NCBI RefSeq assembly: GCF_009914755.1
Contig: NC_060930.1
Strand: one strand, 5' to 3'
Source: the human T2T-CHM13v2.0 reference genome, Homo sapiens
DNA: 64,000 nucleotides
Part shown: positions 28,001-40,453 of the stretch, piece by piece
Position numbering within the stretch: the first letter of the stretch is position 1
Layout: each line of letters begins with the position of its first letter
Notes under the pieces: model-generated
Database searches by the model: none
What the model was told of the DNA's origin: nothing
What the model saw: the letters and a program-made list of their open reading frames with translations, nothing else
Translations under genes and position numbers: made by a program

Positions 28001-28132
28001 GAATTTTATGTTTAGACATGGGTTGCATCCCCAAGGTATCTCATCTAGATGCAAATATTCCAAAATTTTAAAAATTCCAAAATTTGAAAGACTTCTGATC
28101 CCAAGCATTTTGAATAAAGGATACGCAACCTG
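25029..28132 (+). mobile_element. Near full-length Tigger4 (Zombi) DNA transposon with decayed pogo-family transposase from ~25430
   Basis: Tigger4 ends (aagtggaaaattccacacctga; ..aaggatacgcaacctg|ta). DDE motifs LLFFDNCSAHPP and LPCDQNI in ORF 26321-26626. Confidence 0.88.
27118..27505 (+). mobile_element. MSTA solo LTR nested in Tigger4
   Basis: tgatatggtttgg..ggactattaca with perfect 5-bp TSD GTCTC. Confidence 0.92.
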
Positions 28133-28399
28133 TATCATTGAAGGTGTGTTATTGAAGAAGAAGAGATATTCAACACCAGTAATGAAAAAGAAATAAAACA
28201 CGATGCATTTTGTTCTGTTCCAAAAATATCTTTTTTATTGACTGGGAAGATTAAATTTTGCGTTCAATTTCCACTCTTAGAGTGACTTTATAAAAGACAA
28301 GGGCATCTAATCTAGAAAGTCAATGTTAGGAATCATTCAGTAGTTGCTCCTTGTAACCCTATCCCATCAGTACAGATTAGTTTATCACATTAGATAGTT

Positions 28400-28617
28400 A
28401 ATAATTTGCAAGATCAGAATGCTGACACAGAGTTTAGAGGAGATGATATACATTTCAGTGGGCTGGAAGCATGCAAGCAACAAACCCCAGATGGTAGAGG
28501 TCAGGACGAGGGCTCTGGTCCACGAAAAACAGGCTCCTGGTGATGGCACCATTAGAAGAATACATGAGAACAGAGATCCGGAGAGTATGGGGTAAGAGTC
28601 ACAGACAGGAAATATTT
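28400..28617 (-). pseudogene. Candidate pseudo-exon KYFLSVTLTPYSPDLCSHVFF*WCHHQEPVFRGPEPSS*...
   Basis: Acceptor ggatatttctag| is phase 0, matching the previous exon. Donor unclear. Confidence 0.45.
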
Positions 28618-29269
28618 CTAGAAATATCCAATGGTAGGTTGAAAGTATCTGTTTATTTTTTACCATAGTTTTAAGATGTATTAAGGTTTGAGTTTTTGAT
28701 GAGATCCCTTAGTTTTCTTTGAGGATCTCTATAGCCCCACACACAAAAAAATTGCACAGTGACTTATATGTGAATATTCAGCAAATACTGTTGATCAATA
28801 AGTATGTAAAAATGAGCAATTGTCATATGTGTTATTGTACAGGCTCCAGATTATTTAAAAAACTTAGTATCACAGGAACTGTGTTAGCAAAATACTAGAA
28901 AAGACATTGGAATGTCCTAAGGTGGGCAAGGATATTTTCTTTTTTCCTCTTTTGTTCACTAGTATATCCTAAATGCCTAAAACAGTGTCTGGCATACTGT
29001 AGTAACAGTCACTTACTGAATATTGCTACAAGTAAAATAAAGTTTACAACAGATTGTATTTTAACAATAAAACCACATTATTCTATTTTTTCTATGTTTC
29101 TGTTCAACTCCAGTTATATCTTGATAGAATGAGAGACAGAAGAAAAAAGCAATGGGGCTGGATTTAAGACAGTGGATTTGACACATGAGGCAGTTTATCC
29201 CCATTAACAAATGTTGGGATTGATAGAAAACACTATCAAAAAGACAATGCAAAGCCAGTTTAAAATATA

Positions 29270-30070
29270 AAGAAAAGTTTTGGTGGATTGGAAATTGTAA
29301 GCTTCAGTGTTGAGCTGGAGAAATGTCTCAACATACCTGATGCAAAGGATAAAGAGATGAGAAACATGAGTAAAATGAACACATAGAAGGCAAGAGTCAA
29401 ATCATCTTCATTTTTAATAGGAAGATGGGAAGAGGAAGATTTAAAAAAAGATACTATTTGAGAAAATAATAGACAAAAAATTCACACAACTGAATAGAGA
29501 GATATATAATAAATTTCTAAGACAAAAAAGAGAACACTCAGAAACTGCCATTATTAGGGAAAAATAAAGCAGGTCACCCCCAAAGAAAAAAAGACTCACT
29601 GACCACTGGTTTAATAGCATCCCTGGATATAGGAAGATAAAGAATCAGTGGCTTCAAAGTGCTGAAACAAGAATTCTCAACTCAGTTAAAGATCACTCAA
29701 GAATGAGAGTAAAAGAAATGTCCAGACATAGAAGGACTCAGAATATTTACCATACAGAGAACTTCTCTCTAAGAAGCTCTAAGGCAAAAAAGTTAGTAAT
29801 ATATATTTTTAAATAAATATTGATTTCAAAAATTGTATTTTCAAATGAGAATATGCAATTAAATTCCAAATGATTTAAAAATGTCGATGACAAGAATGCC
29901 AAAGCATCTCTACAAAGACAATCTCAATAAAATGTTCTATAATTAATAGGAAACAATAATTTTAGTATGTTAGGTAATGTTTTATGAGTAACTACTGGAA
30001 TATAAATAAAATACACAACTTTTAAACTATTAGAACTGGTAGAAGAAAACAGAAACTAAGAAAACTTAAA
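29270..30070 (+). mobile_element. Ancient L1 ORF1/HAL1-like relic
   Basis: A-rich degenerate ORF1-like sequence (gcaaaggataaagagatgagaaa..cttcaaagtgctga). Confidence 0.45.
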
Positions 30071-30210
30071 CTCATATAATTTTATATTTTATAGAAAAAA
30101 ATCCTCCCGTTTAATTAGTTGACTGGTGCCTCTTCTTTGGTGTCTGAAGTTTCCTTCTTGTGGTCGGAAGAATGGCAGTGGAATCTGTCCCAGAGAGGGG
30201 ACACTCATAC

Positions 30211-30307
30211 CTTAGACAGACTCTGCAACAGTGAATCTTTCGTCTCATCTTTCCAGAATGGAGAACTTAACCGGTACCCTATGCCCGGGTCATACGCTAA
30301 GAATGTT
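30211..30307 (-). CDS. Open exon TFLAYDPGIGYRLSSPFWKDETKDSLLQSLSK (phase 2/0)
   Basis: Strong acceptor cttgtattgttttttcag| and donor AAG|gtatga. Several CpGs retained. No stops. Confidence 0.7.
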
Positions 30308-30639
30308 CTGAAAAAACAATACAAGGGCCAGATTTGATATGAAAGAATACAAATAATTTCAAGTAAATTTATCCAGAAGCATTTTCATTTAAAATATGTT
30401 GTTTCTTCAAATCCTCTTCTCAAACCAACTTACATCAGACTTTGGTACTCCCACTCTCTAGAGACACTCTCCTCAGCCCTTTCCTGTTCAGACCCACACT
30501 TATCTTCACTTCACTAGAGCTGTTGTTCAATTCGTGATCTTCACATCACTGAACTTGTTAACAGCATTAAATTAAATGATGAAACACATTTTTAATTTTT
30601 TTCATAAAGTTGTATTATCTAATCATGCATGCTTAATTT

Positions 30640-32000
30640 TTAAAATATCTTTACTCATTTTTGAAACATATATAAAAGAAATCATAACAACATGTAAAAT
30701 GTTGCATAGGGCTTTTGTCACTTAATATAATACAATGTTTAGGGAACATTCATTGATTTTCATTAGTATATAGTATTACGTATTGTAAATATGTTATATA
30801 TATTTATCTGTTCTGCTCCTTATTGACATTAAGTTTTCTTCCAGTTTAGCACCATTTGAAATAAAGTTGCTATGAAAATTGTGCAATTATTTTGTACATA
30901 TAAGCATACATTTCCACAGGGTATATACCTAGGAGTGAAATTTACTGGGTAAGGGGGCATGTTTATTCAAACATATGAGATAATGTGAATATTTTTTCCA
31001 AAGTGTTTGTGTCAATTTGAACTTCTTCCAGGAACTTTATGAGCATTTTATTTACTCCACTTTGCCACTTATGCTTAGTATTATTATGTTCTTATCTGTT
31101 GGTTACAATGTGGTTATTAAAAGCACACTGTAGTAACAATGTGCTTTTAATCTGCATTTTCTAACTAGGTGTTGAGGACTTTCCATATGTTTCTTGGATA
31201 TACAGATTTAGTTTTAGAAACTGCCTGTTAAGTCTTCATATTATTATTATTATTATTATTTTAGCAGTAAACTGTACTGCCTCATATACCTATAGTAGTT
31301 CTCTGTGTATTCAGAATACAAGTACTTCCCCTTTTATCAAGTGTTATCAATCTGATTTCCCATTCTGTGGCTTGGCTCATGAATTTGTATTAAGAAGTAT
31401 AACTGTGTCTTTTGTTAAGAACAAATCTTTTGTTCTAATGTTTTCAAATTTCTTAACACTTACTTTTATTATGGCTTTATTATTAGTGCATTTTATATGT
31501 ATTAATAAATCATTCCCTGCACCAAGGTTATAAAATAGTCTGCTATATTATTTTACATTATGGACCAAATTGTCTTTTATCATATATGGATAACTAAGGG
31601 TAACAATACATTGATTTAAAAGCCATATTTCCCATAAACTGAGATGCTATCTTTCTCTTTAAGTGATCATGTATTTACAGATTTGTATCTAGAATCTCCA
31701 TTCTCTTATATTGGTTTATTTCTATATCCTGTAGCAATATCACATGTTCTCAATTATTTTGGCTTTATCAATGTTTGCTTTCTTTCAAGAAAATCTTTCA
31801 CCTTGAACACCTTAGAAAGTATCTTGGCCCTTTGCATTTCCATATAAAGTTCAGAACCAACTATTTTTCTTATTGGGTTGACGGAAAATTAAAAATTGAT
31901 AAGTGCAATATTGATTTTTAAAATCCATAAATATCCATCTCCATTTTCTAATTGACAGTTATTAAAATACTACTTTATCTGTGGAAAATTTATATATATA
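30640..32000 (-). mobile_element. Old L1M fragment
   Basis: gggtatatacctaggagtgaaatt..ttttccaaagtg. Confidence 0.7.
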
Positions 32001-32005
32001 TATAT

Positions 32006-32393
32006 CTTTTTTAACTTATATTTTAAGTTCAGGGGTACATGTGCAGGTTTGTTATATAGGTAAACTTTTGTCATGGGGGTTTGTTGTACATATTATTTCA
32101 TCGCCCAGGTATTAAGCCTGGTATCCATTAGTTGTTTTTCCCGATCCTCTCCCTCCTCCCACCCTCCACCCTCCAATAGGGCACAGTGTGTGTTGTTTCC
32201 CTCTCTGTGTCCATGTGTTCTCATTGTTTAGCTCCCACTTATTAATAAGAACATGATATGTTCAGTTTTCTGTTCTGTTCCTGTGTTAGTTTACTAAGGA
32301 TAATGGCCTCCAGCTCCATCCATGTCCATGCAAAGGACATGATCTCATTCTTTTTTATGACTGCATAGTATTCCATGGTGTATATGTACCACA
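32006..32393 (-). mobile_element. L1PA (about PA11-15) 3' end
   Basis: ttttaagttcaggggtacatgtgcaggtttgtta... Confidence 0.9.
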
Positions 32394-32967
32394 ATTTTTA
32401 TACTTTTATTAGATTTATTTATGCCTTCATATTTTTGGCATATATGTTTCATTAATATTTTAACTAATTATTTATGTCTAAATATACCATTCATTCTTTT
32501 AATATTTAATTCAGCAAATGTGCTAACTTCTTATTATTCCAATTGCTATGTATGTCTATTCTAAGTTTGCCTTCTGGAATGGGGCTATAACCAGTGGATT
32601 ATTGAGGGTGGGCTCAAGGACACACTGGGCCCACTGTAGAGTGGACCAGTCTTGAAACTTCACTGACACCTGAACTCCATAAGCCCCTGCTCTGACTGGA
32701 GAACTGCTACCCCACACCCATGAGGTGAATTAGAAAGTTAAAGATACTATATGTGAGAGGCAAGAAAGCCTGGTGCCCTGCACTATCAGAGAATTATGGC
32801 TGCTGCTCTACTTCTCTTCGAATCTCATGGACATTTCTTTTGTGATGTAGTGTAACTTCTTAGAATGGTCTATAAAATATAATTCCAGCTTAGGGACATA
32901 ACATAGTATAAAACCCTCTAAAATCCCAGTTTTCTTCCAGGATGAAAGGATTATTCTAGATATTTGT

Positions 32968-33372
32968 CATATTAGTCTGTTCTCACACTGCTATGAAGAT
33001 ACTACCTGAGACTGGGTAATTTATAAAGGAAAGAGGTTGAATTGACTCACAGTTTCCACATGGCTGAGGAGACCTCAGAAAAATAAACTTACAATCATGG
33101 CATAAGGTGAGGGAGAAGCAAATACCTTCTTCACAATGCGGCAGGAGAGAGAAAGAGAGAGAGAGAGAGCAAGCATGGAGAGAGAGAGAGCATGCAGGAG
33201 AAACTGCCACTTTAAAACCATCAGATCTTGTAAGAACTCCCTCACCATCACAAATAGCATGGGGAAAATCGCCCCCATGATCCAATCACCTCCCACCTGA
33301 TCCCTCCCTCCACACATGGGGATTACAATTCAAGATGAGATTTGGGTGGAGACACAGAACCAAACCATATCA
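32968..33372 (-). mobile_element. THE1D/MSTA-type LTR
   Basis: attagtctgttctcacactgct..gagatttgggtggagacacagaaccaaaccatatca. Confidence 0.88.
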
Positions 33373-33404
33373 CTCATACATTGACATTTGTATGAAATTT
33401 AAAA

Positions 33405-33665
33405 AAGGAAGGATTCACTTTCTTCTTTGTAGTCTCTGGTGGTTTGCTGGCAATCTTTGACATACCAGCTTGGAGCTATATAATGTCACTCTCTTGTCTT
33501 CACATGGCATTCTCCCTAGATGTCTTGTCTTCACATTGCTGTCTTCTTTGAACACCAGTCATATTGGATTCGGTGCCCATGCTGATATTGTATGACATAA
33601 TCTTAACTAGTTATATCTACAACCACGCTTTTTTCAAATACAGTCACATTCTGGAATACTGGGGA
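33405..33665 (-). mobile_element. MLT1B/C fragment
   Basis: acaccagtcatattggatt..cagtcacattctgg. Confidence 0.7.
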
Positions 33666-35312
33666 TGATTCCATTTTTCTTTAAGGGATGGGGGTAGAAG
33701 ACACAGCTCATGGGTTGGGAAACACCAAGTAATGATGGAACCAGAATCAGGCTGACTTATTGAATGACGGCTATGAGCAAAGCCCACAGACCCACATGAG
33801 ACGTTTAGTATGACTTAGAAATAAGCTATTGTTTTGTTAAACTGCTGACTTAACCTGGCCTGTCTTCACTAATATGACACCTTTTGTTGCATCATTAACC
33901 AAGATTTAATATCTCATATTATATTAAATAAATACATAGGTATATATCAGTTTCTTGTGTGTGTCATACATATACATATATATAACTATATATATAAAAC
34001 ACAACTCATTAAAACTAAAAAGTTGAGATTCGAAAAATATGAAAAGAAGGAAAATTAGGATAATTTTTTTAATGGGATAAATATGTTACCATATTTCTTA
34101 ATATCTCTCATAATATTAATTTTAATTATAACAATTATATGCTCATAATAATACAAGTTTATAGTATACTGCTATATAGTATTAAACTAAAATATAACAA
34201 CATAACATAAATAAATGTAATATTTTTAATAGTAACTCAAATTTGTATGGAAAATGTTTCCTGGTTTGATCAAAGAAAATATATGAACTATCATCTTAAA
34301 TTTCACAGAAGAAGATAACTTTAAGTACTTTAAATATTATATTAGAACAACTTACATATTTCTAAATCTGTTTCTAGTTGGGCATTTTTCCAAATATATT
34401 AATTTAGTCTTTCTCAGTGTCAAGAAACGAAGGAAGATTAAGAGAGTATGGCATTACAGCCAGTGTTTCAAATGCAGATTTAAAGTTTATTTGAGTCTGG
34501 TAATAATGTCAAAAAAGACTTTAATGTGCAATTTAAAACAGGATATGTTAATATGAAATACTCAGAATGTGAAACCTTGATCAACCGGATATGCTGACTT
34601 ATGCAAAATCATTTGTGTTGAAAATAAGAAGGGACAGAGGCCATGTTTAATTTATTTTATCTATTCAGAAAAGTTTTTTCTGTTTATATTTTTAATTGTT
34701 TATTGCAATGAAAGCAACATATTAATAATGTTAATTTATTAAGCACTTACTATGGGCTAGGGCACTTTTTAAAGGATTTTCTTACATGAACTCATTTTGA
34801 AATCTAATAATGTCTTGAATTGTCATACGAGAAAGCACTTCACTCTTCTGCCTTCTTATCGCCACGAGAATGGCAGAGATCTCATCGACAGAAGTGTGGA
34901 TTTTGGAGCCCTCATCCCACACTGAGGGAATGTGGATGTTGCAACAGTTTCCAGCTTAGAAGTCTGTACAGCTGCTCCGGGGCATATGTCTCCGAGGAAC
35001 ATCATTTGAAGTCATGGGTTTTGGATATAACCTTGGTTCAAACACCAAAAAACTGTGTGAGTAAAATGTGATGGAATTTCACTGTGGAGCACAGTGGTTA
35101 GAAGAAGCAATAACAAAAACAGAAATGTTGATAGGTCATAAAAACATATGGCTAAGTAAAAAAAAATAAAATAAAATTTATAAGCACACACAAAAAACAT
35201 AAAACAATAAATAAAGAATACAAAATAAACAGAAGAGTTGTCTAATTAGAAAGGTGTATGAGTAAAAGCAAAGAATAAGGAAGGAGAGGGTGGATTACTT
35301 TATTTAAATTTA

Positions 35313-35815
35313 AATCATGCTGCTATAAAGACACATGCACACGTATGTTTATTGTGGCATTATTCACAGTAGCAAAGACTTGGAACCAACCCAAATGTCC
35401 AACAATGATAGACTGGATTAAGAAAATGTGGCACATATACACCATGGAATACTATGCAGCCATAAAAAATGATGAGTTCATGTCCTTTGTAGGGACATGG
35501 ATGAAATTGGAAAACATCATTCTCAGTAAACTATCGCAAGAACAAAAAACCAAACACCGCATATTCTCACTCATAGGTGGGAATTGAACAATGAGATCAC
35601 ATGGACACAGGAAGGGGAATATCACACTCCGGGGACTGTTGTGGGGTGGGGTGAGGGGGGAGGGATAGCATTGGGAGATATACCTAATGCTAGATGACGA
35701 GTTAGTGGGTGCAGCGCACCAGCATGGCACATGTATACATATGTAACTAACCTGCACAATGTGCACATGTACCCTAAAACTTAATGTATAATAAAAAAAA
35801 AAAAGAAAAAAAAAA
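35313..35815 (+). mobile_element. Young L1PA2-type 3' end
   Basis: gagatcacatggacacaggaaggggaatatcacac; gatgacGAGttag (lacks the L1HS-Ta ACA); poly(A) tail. Confidence 0.9.
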
Positions 35816-36379
35816 TTTTAAAACGTGAATGAAGAAACTTTCATGGGCCAAGGAAGATAGTGTGCCATACACTAAGAAATATTATTAACTTGGTGTCTTA
35901 CACCAAATTCTGAAATAAAAAATATATAAATACAAGTAAAAACATTCAAAAGTTTGGAGGAATGTTGTCTTTCAGGTCAGAAACTAAAAGAAGGATAGTA
36001 CTTAGTATTGCTTGAAGGTGAGGTAATACAAACTAATATTCATTGTTAGTCTAAGTTAAATTTGAACAACTATTTTTAGAGGAGATTTTTATAAACATGC
36101 ATTATCTTTGGTCTAACAATTTATCTACAAGGATTTTGTAGTAGAAAGATGACTGGGCAAGTAACTAAAAGATACATATGCATGACTCTTTAGTTGAAGT
36201 AGCTGTAGAAAGGTCATCATTTGTTTTCATTATATGTATCTACAAGATTATAAAAATATTAATATATAAAGTTAAAGTATTTATTTGCATGTTATATAAA
36301 GGAAATCAATTTCCAGCAAGTAAACTTACTGCAAAATTGATCATTGTATCTCAAATTTCAGATAAACACTTCATGCTTG

Positions 36380-37944
36380 TGTGTCCGGAATTGGTGGGTT
36401 CTTGATCTCACTGACTTCAAGAAAGAAGCCGCTGACCCTCACAGTGAGTGTTACAGTTCTTAAAGGTGGCGTGTCCAGAGTTTGTTCCTTCTGATGTTCA
36501 GATGTGTTCGGAGTTCCTTCCTTCTGGTGGGTTCGTGGTCTCACTGGCTCAGGACTGAAACTGCAGACCTTTGTGGTGAGTGTTACAGCTCATAAAAGCA
36601 GTGCAGACCCAAAGAGTGAGCAGCAGCAAGATTTATTGCTAAGAGCAAAAGAACAAAACCTCCACAGTGTGGAAAGGGACCCGAGCAGGTTGCCACTGCT
36701 GGCTTGGGCAGCCTGCTTTTATTCCCTTATCTGGCCCCACCCTCATCCTGCTGATTGGTCCATTTTACAGAGAGCTGATTGGTCTGTTTTACAGAGAGTT
36801 GATTGGTCTGTTTTGACAGGGTGCTGATTGGTGCGTTTAAAATCCCTGAGCTAGACACAAAAGTTCTCCAAGTCTCCACTAGATTAGCTAGACACAGAGC
36901 ACTGATTGGTGCATTTACAAACCCTAAGCTAGACAGAGTGCTGATTGGCGCATTCACAATCCCTTAGCGAGACATAAAGGTTCTCCAAGTCCCCACCAGA
37001 TCAGCTAGACACAGAGCACTGATTGGTGCATTTACAAACCCTGAGCTAGACACAGGGTGCTGATTGGTGCATTCACAAACCTTGAGCTAGACACAGAGTG
37101 CTGATTGGTGCATTCAAAATCCCTTAGCTAGACATAAAGGTTCTCCAAGTCCCCACCAGATCAGCTAGACACAGAGCACTGATTGGTGCATTTACAAACC
37201 CTGAGCTAGACACAGGGTGCTGATTGGTGCATTTTCAAACCTTGAGCTAGACACAGGGTGCTGATTGGTGTATTTACAATCCTCTAGCTAGTCATAAAAG
37301 TTCTCCAAGTCCCAGCTGGCTTCACCTAGTGGATCCCGCACTGGGCTGCAGGTGGAGCTGCCCACCAGTCCCACACTGTGCGGCTGTACTCAGCCCTTGG
37401 GCGGTCGATGGGACCCAGGGCTGTGGAGTAGGGGGCGGCCTCCTCGGGGAGGCTCAGGCTGTGCAGGAACCTGCGGGAGAGGGTGGGAGGGAGGCATGGC
37501 AGGCTGCAGGTCCCAAGCCCTGCCATGCAGGGAGGCAGCTGAGGCCCAGTGAGAATTTGAGCGCAGCGCTGGTAGGCCGGCCCTGCTAGGGGACTCGGTG
37601 CACCCTCCACAGCTGCTGGCCTGGGTGCTAAGCCCCTCACTGCCCCGGGCTCACGGCGCCGGCCAGCCGCTCCGAGTGCAGGCCGCTGAGCCCACGCCCA
37701 CCCAGAACTCGCGCTGGCCCGCAAGTTCCGTGCGCAGCCCCAGTTCCCGCCAGTGCCTCTCCCTCCACACCTCCCTGCAAGCTGAGGGAGCAGGATCCGG
37801 CCTTGGCCAGCCCAGGGAGGGGCTTCCACAGTGCAGCGGTGGGTTGAAGGGCTCCTCAAGCGTGGCCACAGTGGGCGCCAAGACTGAGGTGGCACCAAGA
37901 GTATGCCAGGGCTGCGAGGGTTGCCAGCACGCTGTCACTTCTCA
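36380..37944 (-). mobile_element. LTR12C-type solo LTR (HERV9)
   Basis: Minus-strand tgagaagtgacagcgtgctggc..ccggacaca; 4-bp TSD CTTG; GC-rich U3. Confidence 0.93.
36700..37310 (-). promoter_or_regulatory. LTR12 tandem CCAAT (NF-Y) enhancer/promoter array
   Basis: About a dozen (c)tgattgg units in ~40-bp repeats, followed on the minus strand by gataagggaataaaa. Confidence 0.8.
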
Positions 37945-38857
37945 CTTGTACTTTGGAGAAGACCAGCATTGTCAAAATTACTGCTTAAATGCAGCTAAAT
38001 AAATTCCTCCTGCAGATACATAATTTTAGCCTCTATCTCCATTCGATTCTTGCATTTTCTTTCTATTAAACTAAGAGAAAAATATAATTAATAAATAATG
38101 ACTTTATAATGTATTTCCATGTATTTGGAATATATACACTAAAATATGGAAAAATATAGTTAAAAATGTGAAAAATGATGGGCTCCGTTATTGAGATTAT
38201 ACTTTATTTTTACATCTCTTTATTTTCTCATTTTTTTCTACAAAGAACACAAACAATTTTTTAACATAACAGGACATGGTAATTCTTATTTTTTCTGAAA
38301 AGACAGGTTAGGGGACTCTTTTGCAGATAAGAGGTATAAATAATAGGGTTGCAAAAAAGAATTTTTCTTATTAATGGAAACAAAGACACAGTTTAGTAAA
38401 CTCATAATGTTGCCTCTGAATTAGCCTGCAAAGTTCTAAGTTAGAGCCTTATGTTTCCACCGTTCCATAGGCATCACTATCTAGTAAACATATCCTTTCC
38501 AATAGTGGTCAAATCTCCAGCTTTGTGCCTGAGGGTGGAGACACGTGGACAGTTGCCTTTTCTTCCAAATAACAGCCAAATCAAATCAAGTTGACTGTGT
38601 ATGCCCAGTAGTTCATCGATCAATGTATGTGACTTTATTGATCAAGAAAATCTAAATCTCCTTTTTTGCTTTACATATCTAAATTTTTTTAAAAAATGGA
38701 TTTGGAGACATTAAATTTTTCAAGTTATAGAAATGGAGTTAAACCAGTGACAACTACTGGGGCAAGGGTAAAATGTATCTCAGCATAAGAAATCTTAAAC
38801 TTTGCCTAAATAAATCTCTTAATTTCTTTTAGAATATGCATTTGCTTTATTTTCCCA

Positions 38858-39095
38858 AGATTTTAATAGAAAATATTACAAATACATGGAAAAATTTAAA
38901 GAGCTTTGTAAACAGTGGCATACCCACATACCCATCTCCTACAATTCTCTAACTGCCATTGTCTTCTACTTGTTTTATCACTTGTGAATGGAGCACTCTA
39001 ATTTCAATCAATCTATCTTTTTTATTGGTGCATTTAAAAGTTTCAGACATCATATGCTTCCACCTAAATATTTCAATATGTATATAGTTAACTAT
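38858..39095 (-). mobile_element. Old L1M 3' end
   Basis: cagacatcat..cctaaatatttcaatatgtat. Confidence 0.55.
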
Positions 39096-39387
39096 AACTC
39101 AATTTTTACAGTACTGCTTTTTTTTCCACTTAAGTTAAAATCGCTTATCTTTAACAGTTTATTTCATCCAAAAATTGCCATGTCTCTGAAATTTGGGCTT
39201 AAGGTGGTAAATATTCACCCTACACAATTTCTGAGCTAATCCTCCTAGACAGTCACTTGAGGTTCTTCCCAGTGGTAGATCCATTTTTCTCTTGTAATCC
39301 AAATGGAAAAATTTAGAAAAGAAATCACCAGAAGGCACCACTCACATTTTATTATCAACAAATCTCCAGTGCTGACCATATGCTTAC

Positions 39388-39496
39388 TGGTCTTCTTTAT
39401 TCCTTTTGCTATAATATATTTCACTAATGTTGTGCAGAGCCAGATGTGGCTCTCTGTGTGGCAGGACATGGCTTATTAAATTTGTGAAGAATATGG
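39388..39496 (-). CDS. Open exon IFFTNLISHVLPHREPHLALHNISEIYYSKRNKED (phase 1/2)
   Basis: Long pyrimidine tract then aatag| acceptor. Donor CA|gtaagc. Confidence 0.65.
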
Positions 39497-39760
39497 CTAT
39501 TTCAAGAAGTACCAAGAAATTGAAGGGAAGAGAAGAGAGTAAAACTGATTTATGCTTAGAAGCCCTTAGTAGTCCAGGATAAGATTGTAAAACACACCAA
39601 AATTGGAGATGATAATTTATGCTACCAAAAGAGATATTGTTTGTTAGATTGCATATGTCTGTGTGGAGGGAGGTGTGAGAGACTGCACTAAAGTTTATAC
39701 ACTTCCAAACTAAACAATAAGGATTGTCTGACAAAGTATACGGCAGCGTGTTATTCTGAC

Positions 39761-39909
39761 CTCCTTTTGGCCCACGGGCTTTTTGAAGGTTTTGCACAAT
39801 AAGGTCAATGAAGGTTAAGTGGATACACTCAAAGATGAACATGATGTGGAAGCTCTGATAGTTAATTCTGGGACTTTCATGTACTGTTTGGATGCAGGGC
39901 TTGCCAAAA
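39761..39909 (-). CDS. Open exon FGKPCIQTVHESPRINYQSFHIMFIFECIHLTFIDLIVQNLQKARGPKG (phase 2/1)
   Basis: Acceptor actttatttcctgtggtag| and donor GAG|gtcaga. Lies inside ORF 39384-39956. Confidence 0.6.
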
Positions 39910-40453
39910 CTACCACAGGAAATAAAGTATTTTGGCTTCCATGGATTCTTTTCCATCCCTCACAAAATCAAATTATTCCCTGGTTCTGTTTCTCAAAGTC
40001 AAGAGTTCAATATGAAACTATATTGTAAGCATACCATGGGCCAGTATGTTGCAGATCAAATTTTTCAAGCTAATTGACAAAGAAAAACATTCTTATAATA
40101 ATCCACTGTACACCTAACGTACAATATAGCTCCTCTATAATGTGTAGAGGACAATGTCCTCTATACATAAAGGACAATATAACTCTGAACACAAGGTGGT
40201 TGAGGAATAAGAAAGCTTATGCTGCAACCCAAAGATGCATGTTCCAGTCTATGAGGAGGGACCTATGAAAAAAGCTTAAGTGAAAAGGTAGTATTGCTCC
40301 AAACTATCATACCCAGAAAAAGGTCAGGTTGCTTAGCAGCAGCTAAGTGACATCACAGCCTAGGAGCAGGCTATGATAGCTAAGCCAAACCATCAGTTTT
40401 CTAGGAAGACTCTTAAGATCAAAAATGAAATTATTAATGGAGAAAAAAGTTAC

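Noticed and set aside
36750-37310. Regularly spaced repeats superficially like a CRISPR array
   Set aside because: The units are tandem LTR12 enhancer repeats without unique spacers, in human DNA.
37326-38002. Several long GC-rich ORFs (up to 190 aa) and CpG-island-like composition
   Set aside because: Almost entirely within the LTR12C U3 region; long ORFs are expected in GC-rich LTR sequence.
30211-39496. Faint resemblance of EPHLAL..Y..IGYRL to my recollection of C4orf45, and other names considered (OFCC1, CCDC162P, TMEM232, IQCM)
   Set aside because: Only from memory, short and gapped, or with no match at all. Not enough to assign a gene symbol.
39725-39940. Plus-strand SIRQRVILTS and KYFG resembling LINE RT motifs (GVRQGCILSP, KYLG)
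   Set aside because: Spacing is too short and there is no YADD. The minus-strand exon model explains the region better.
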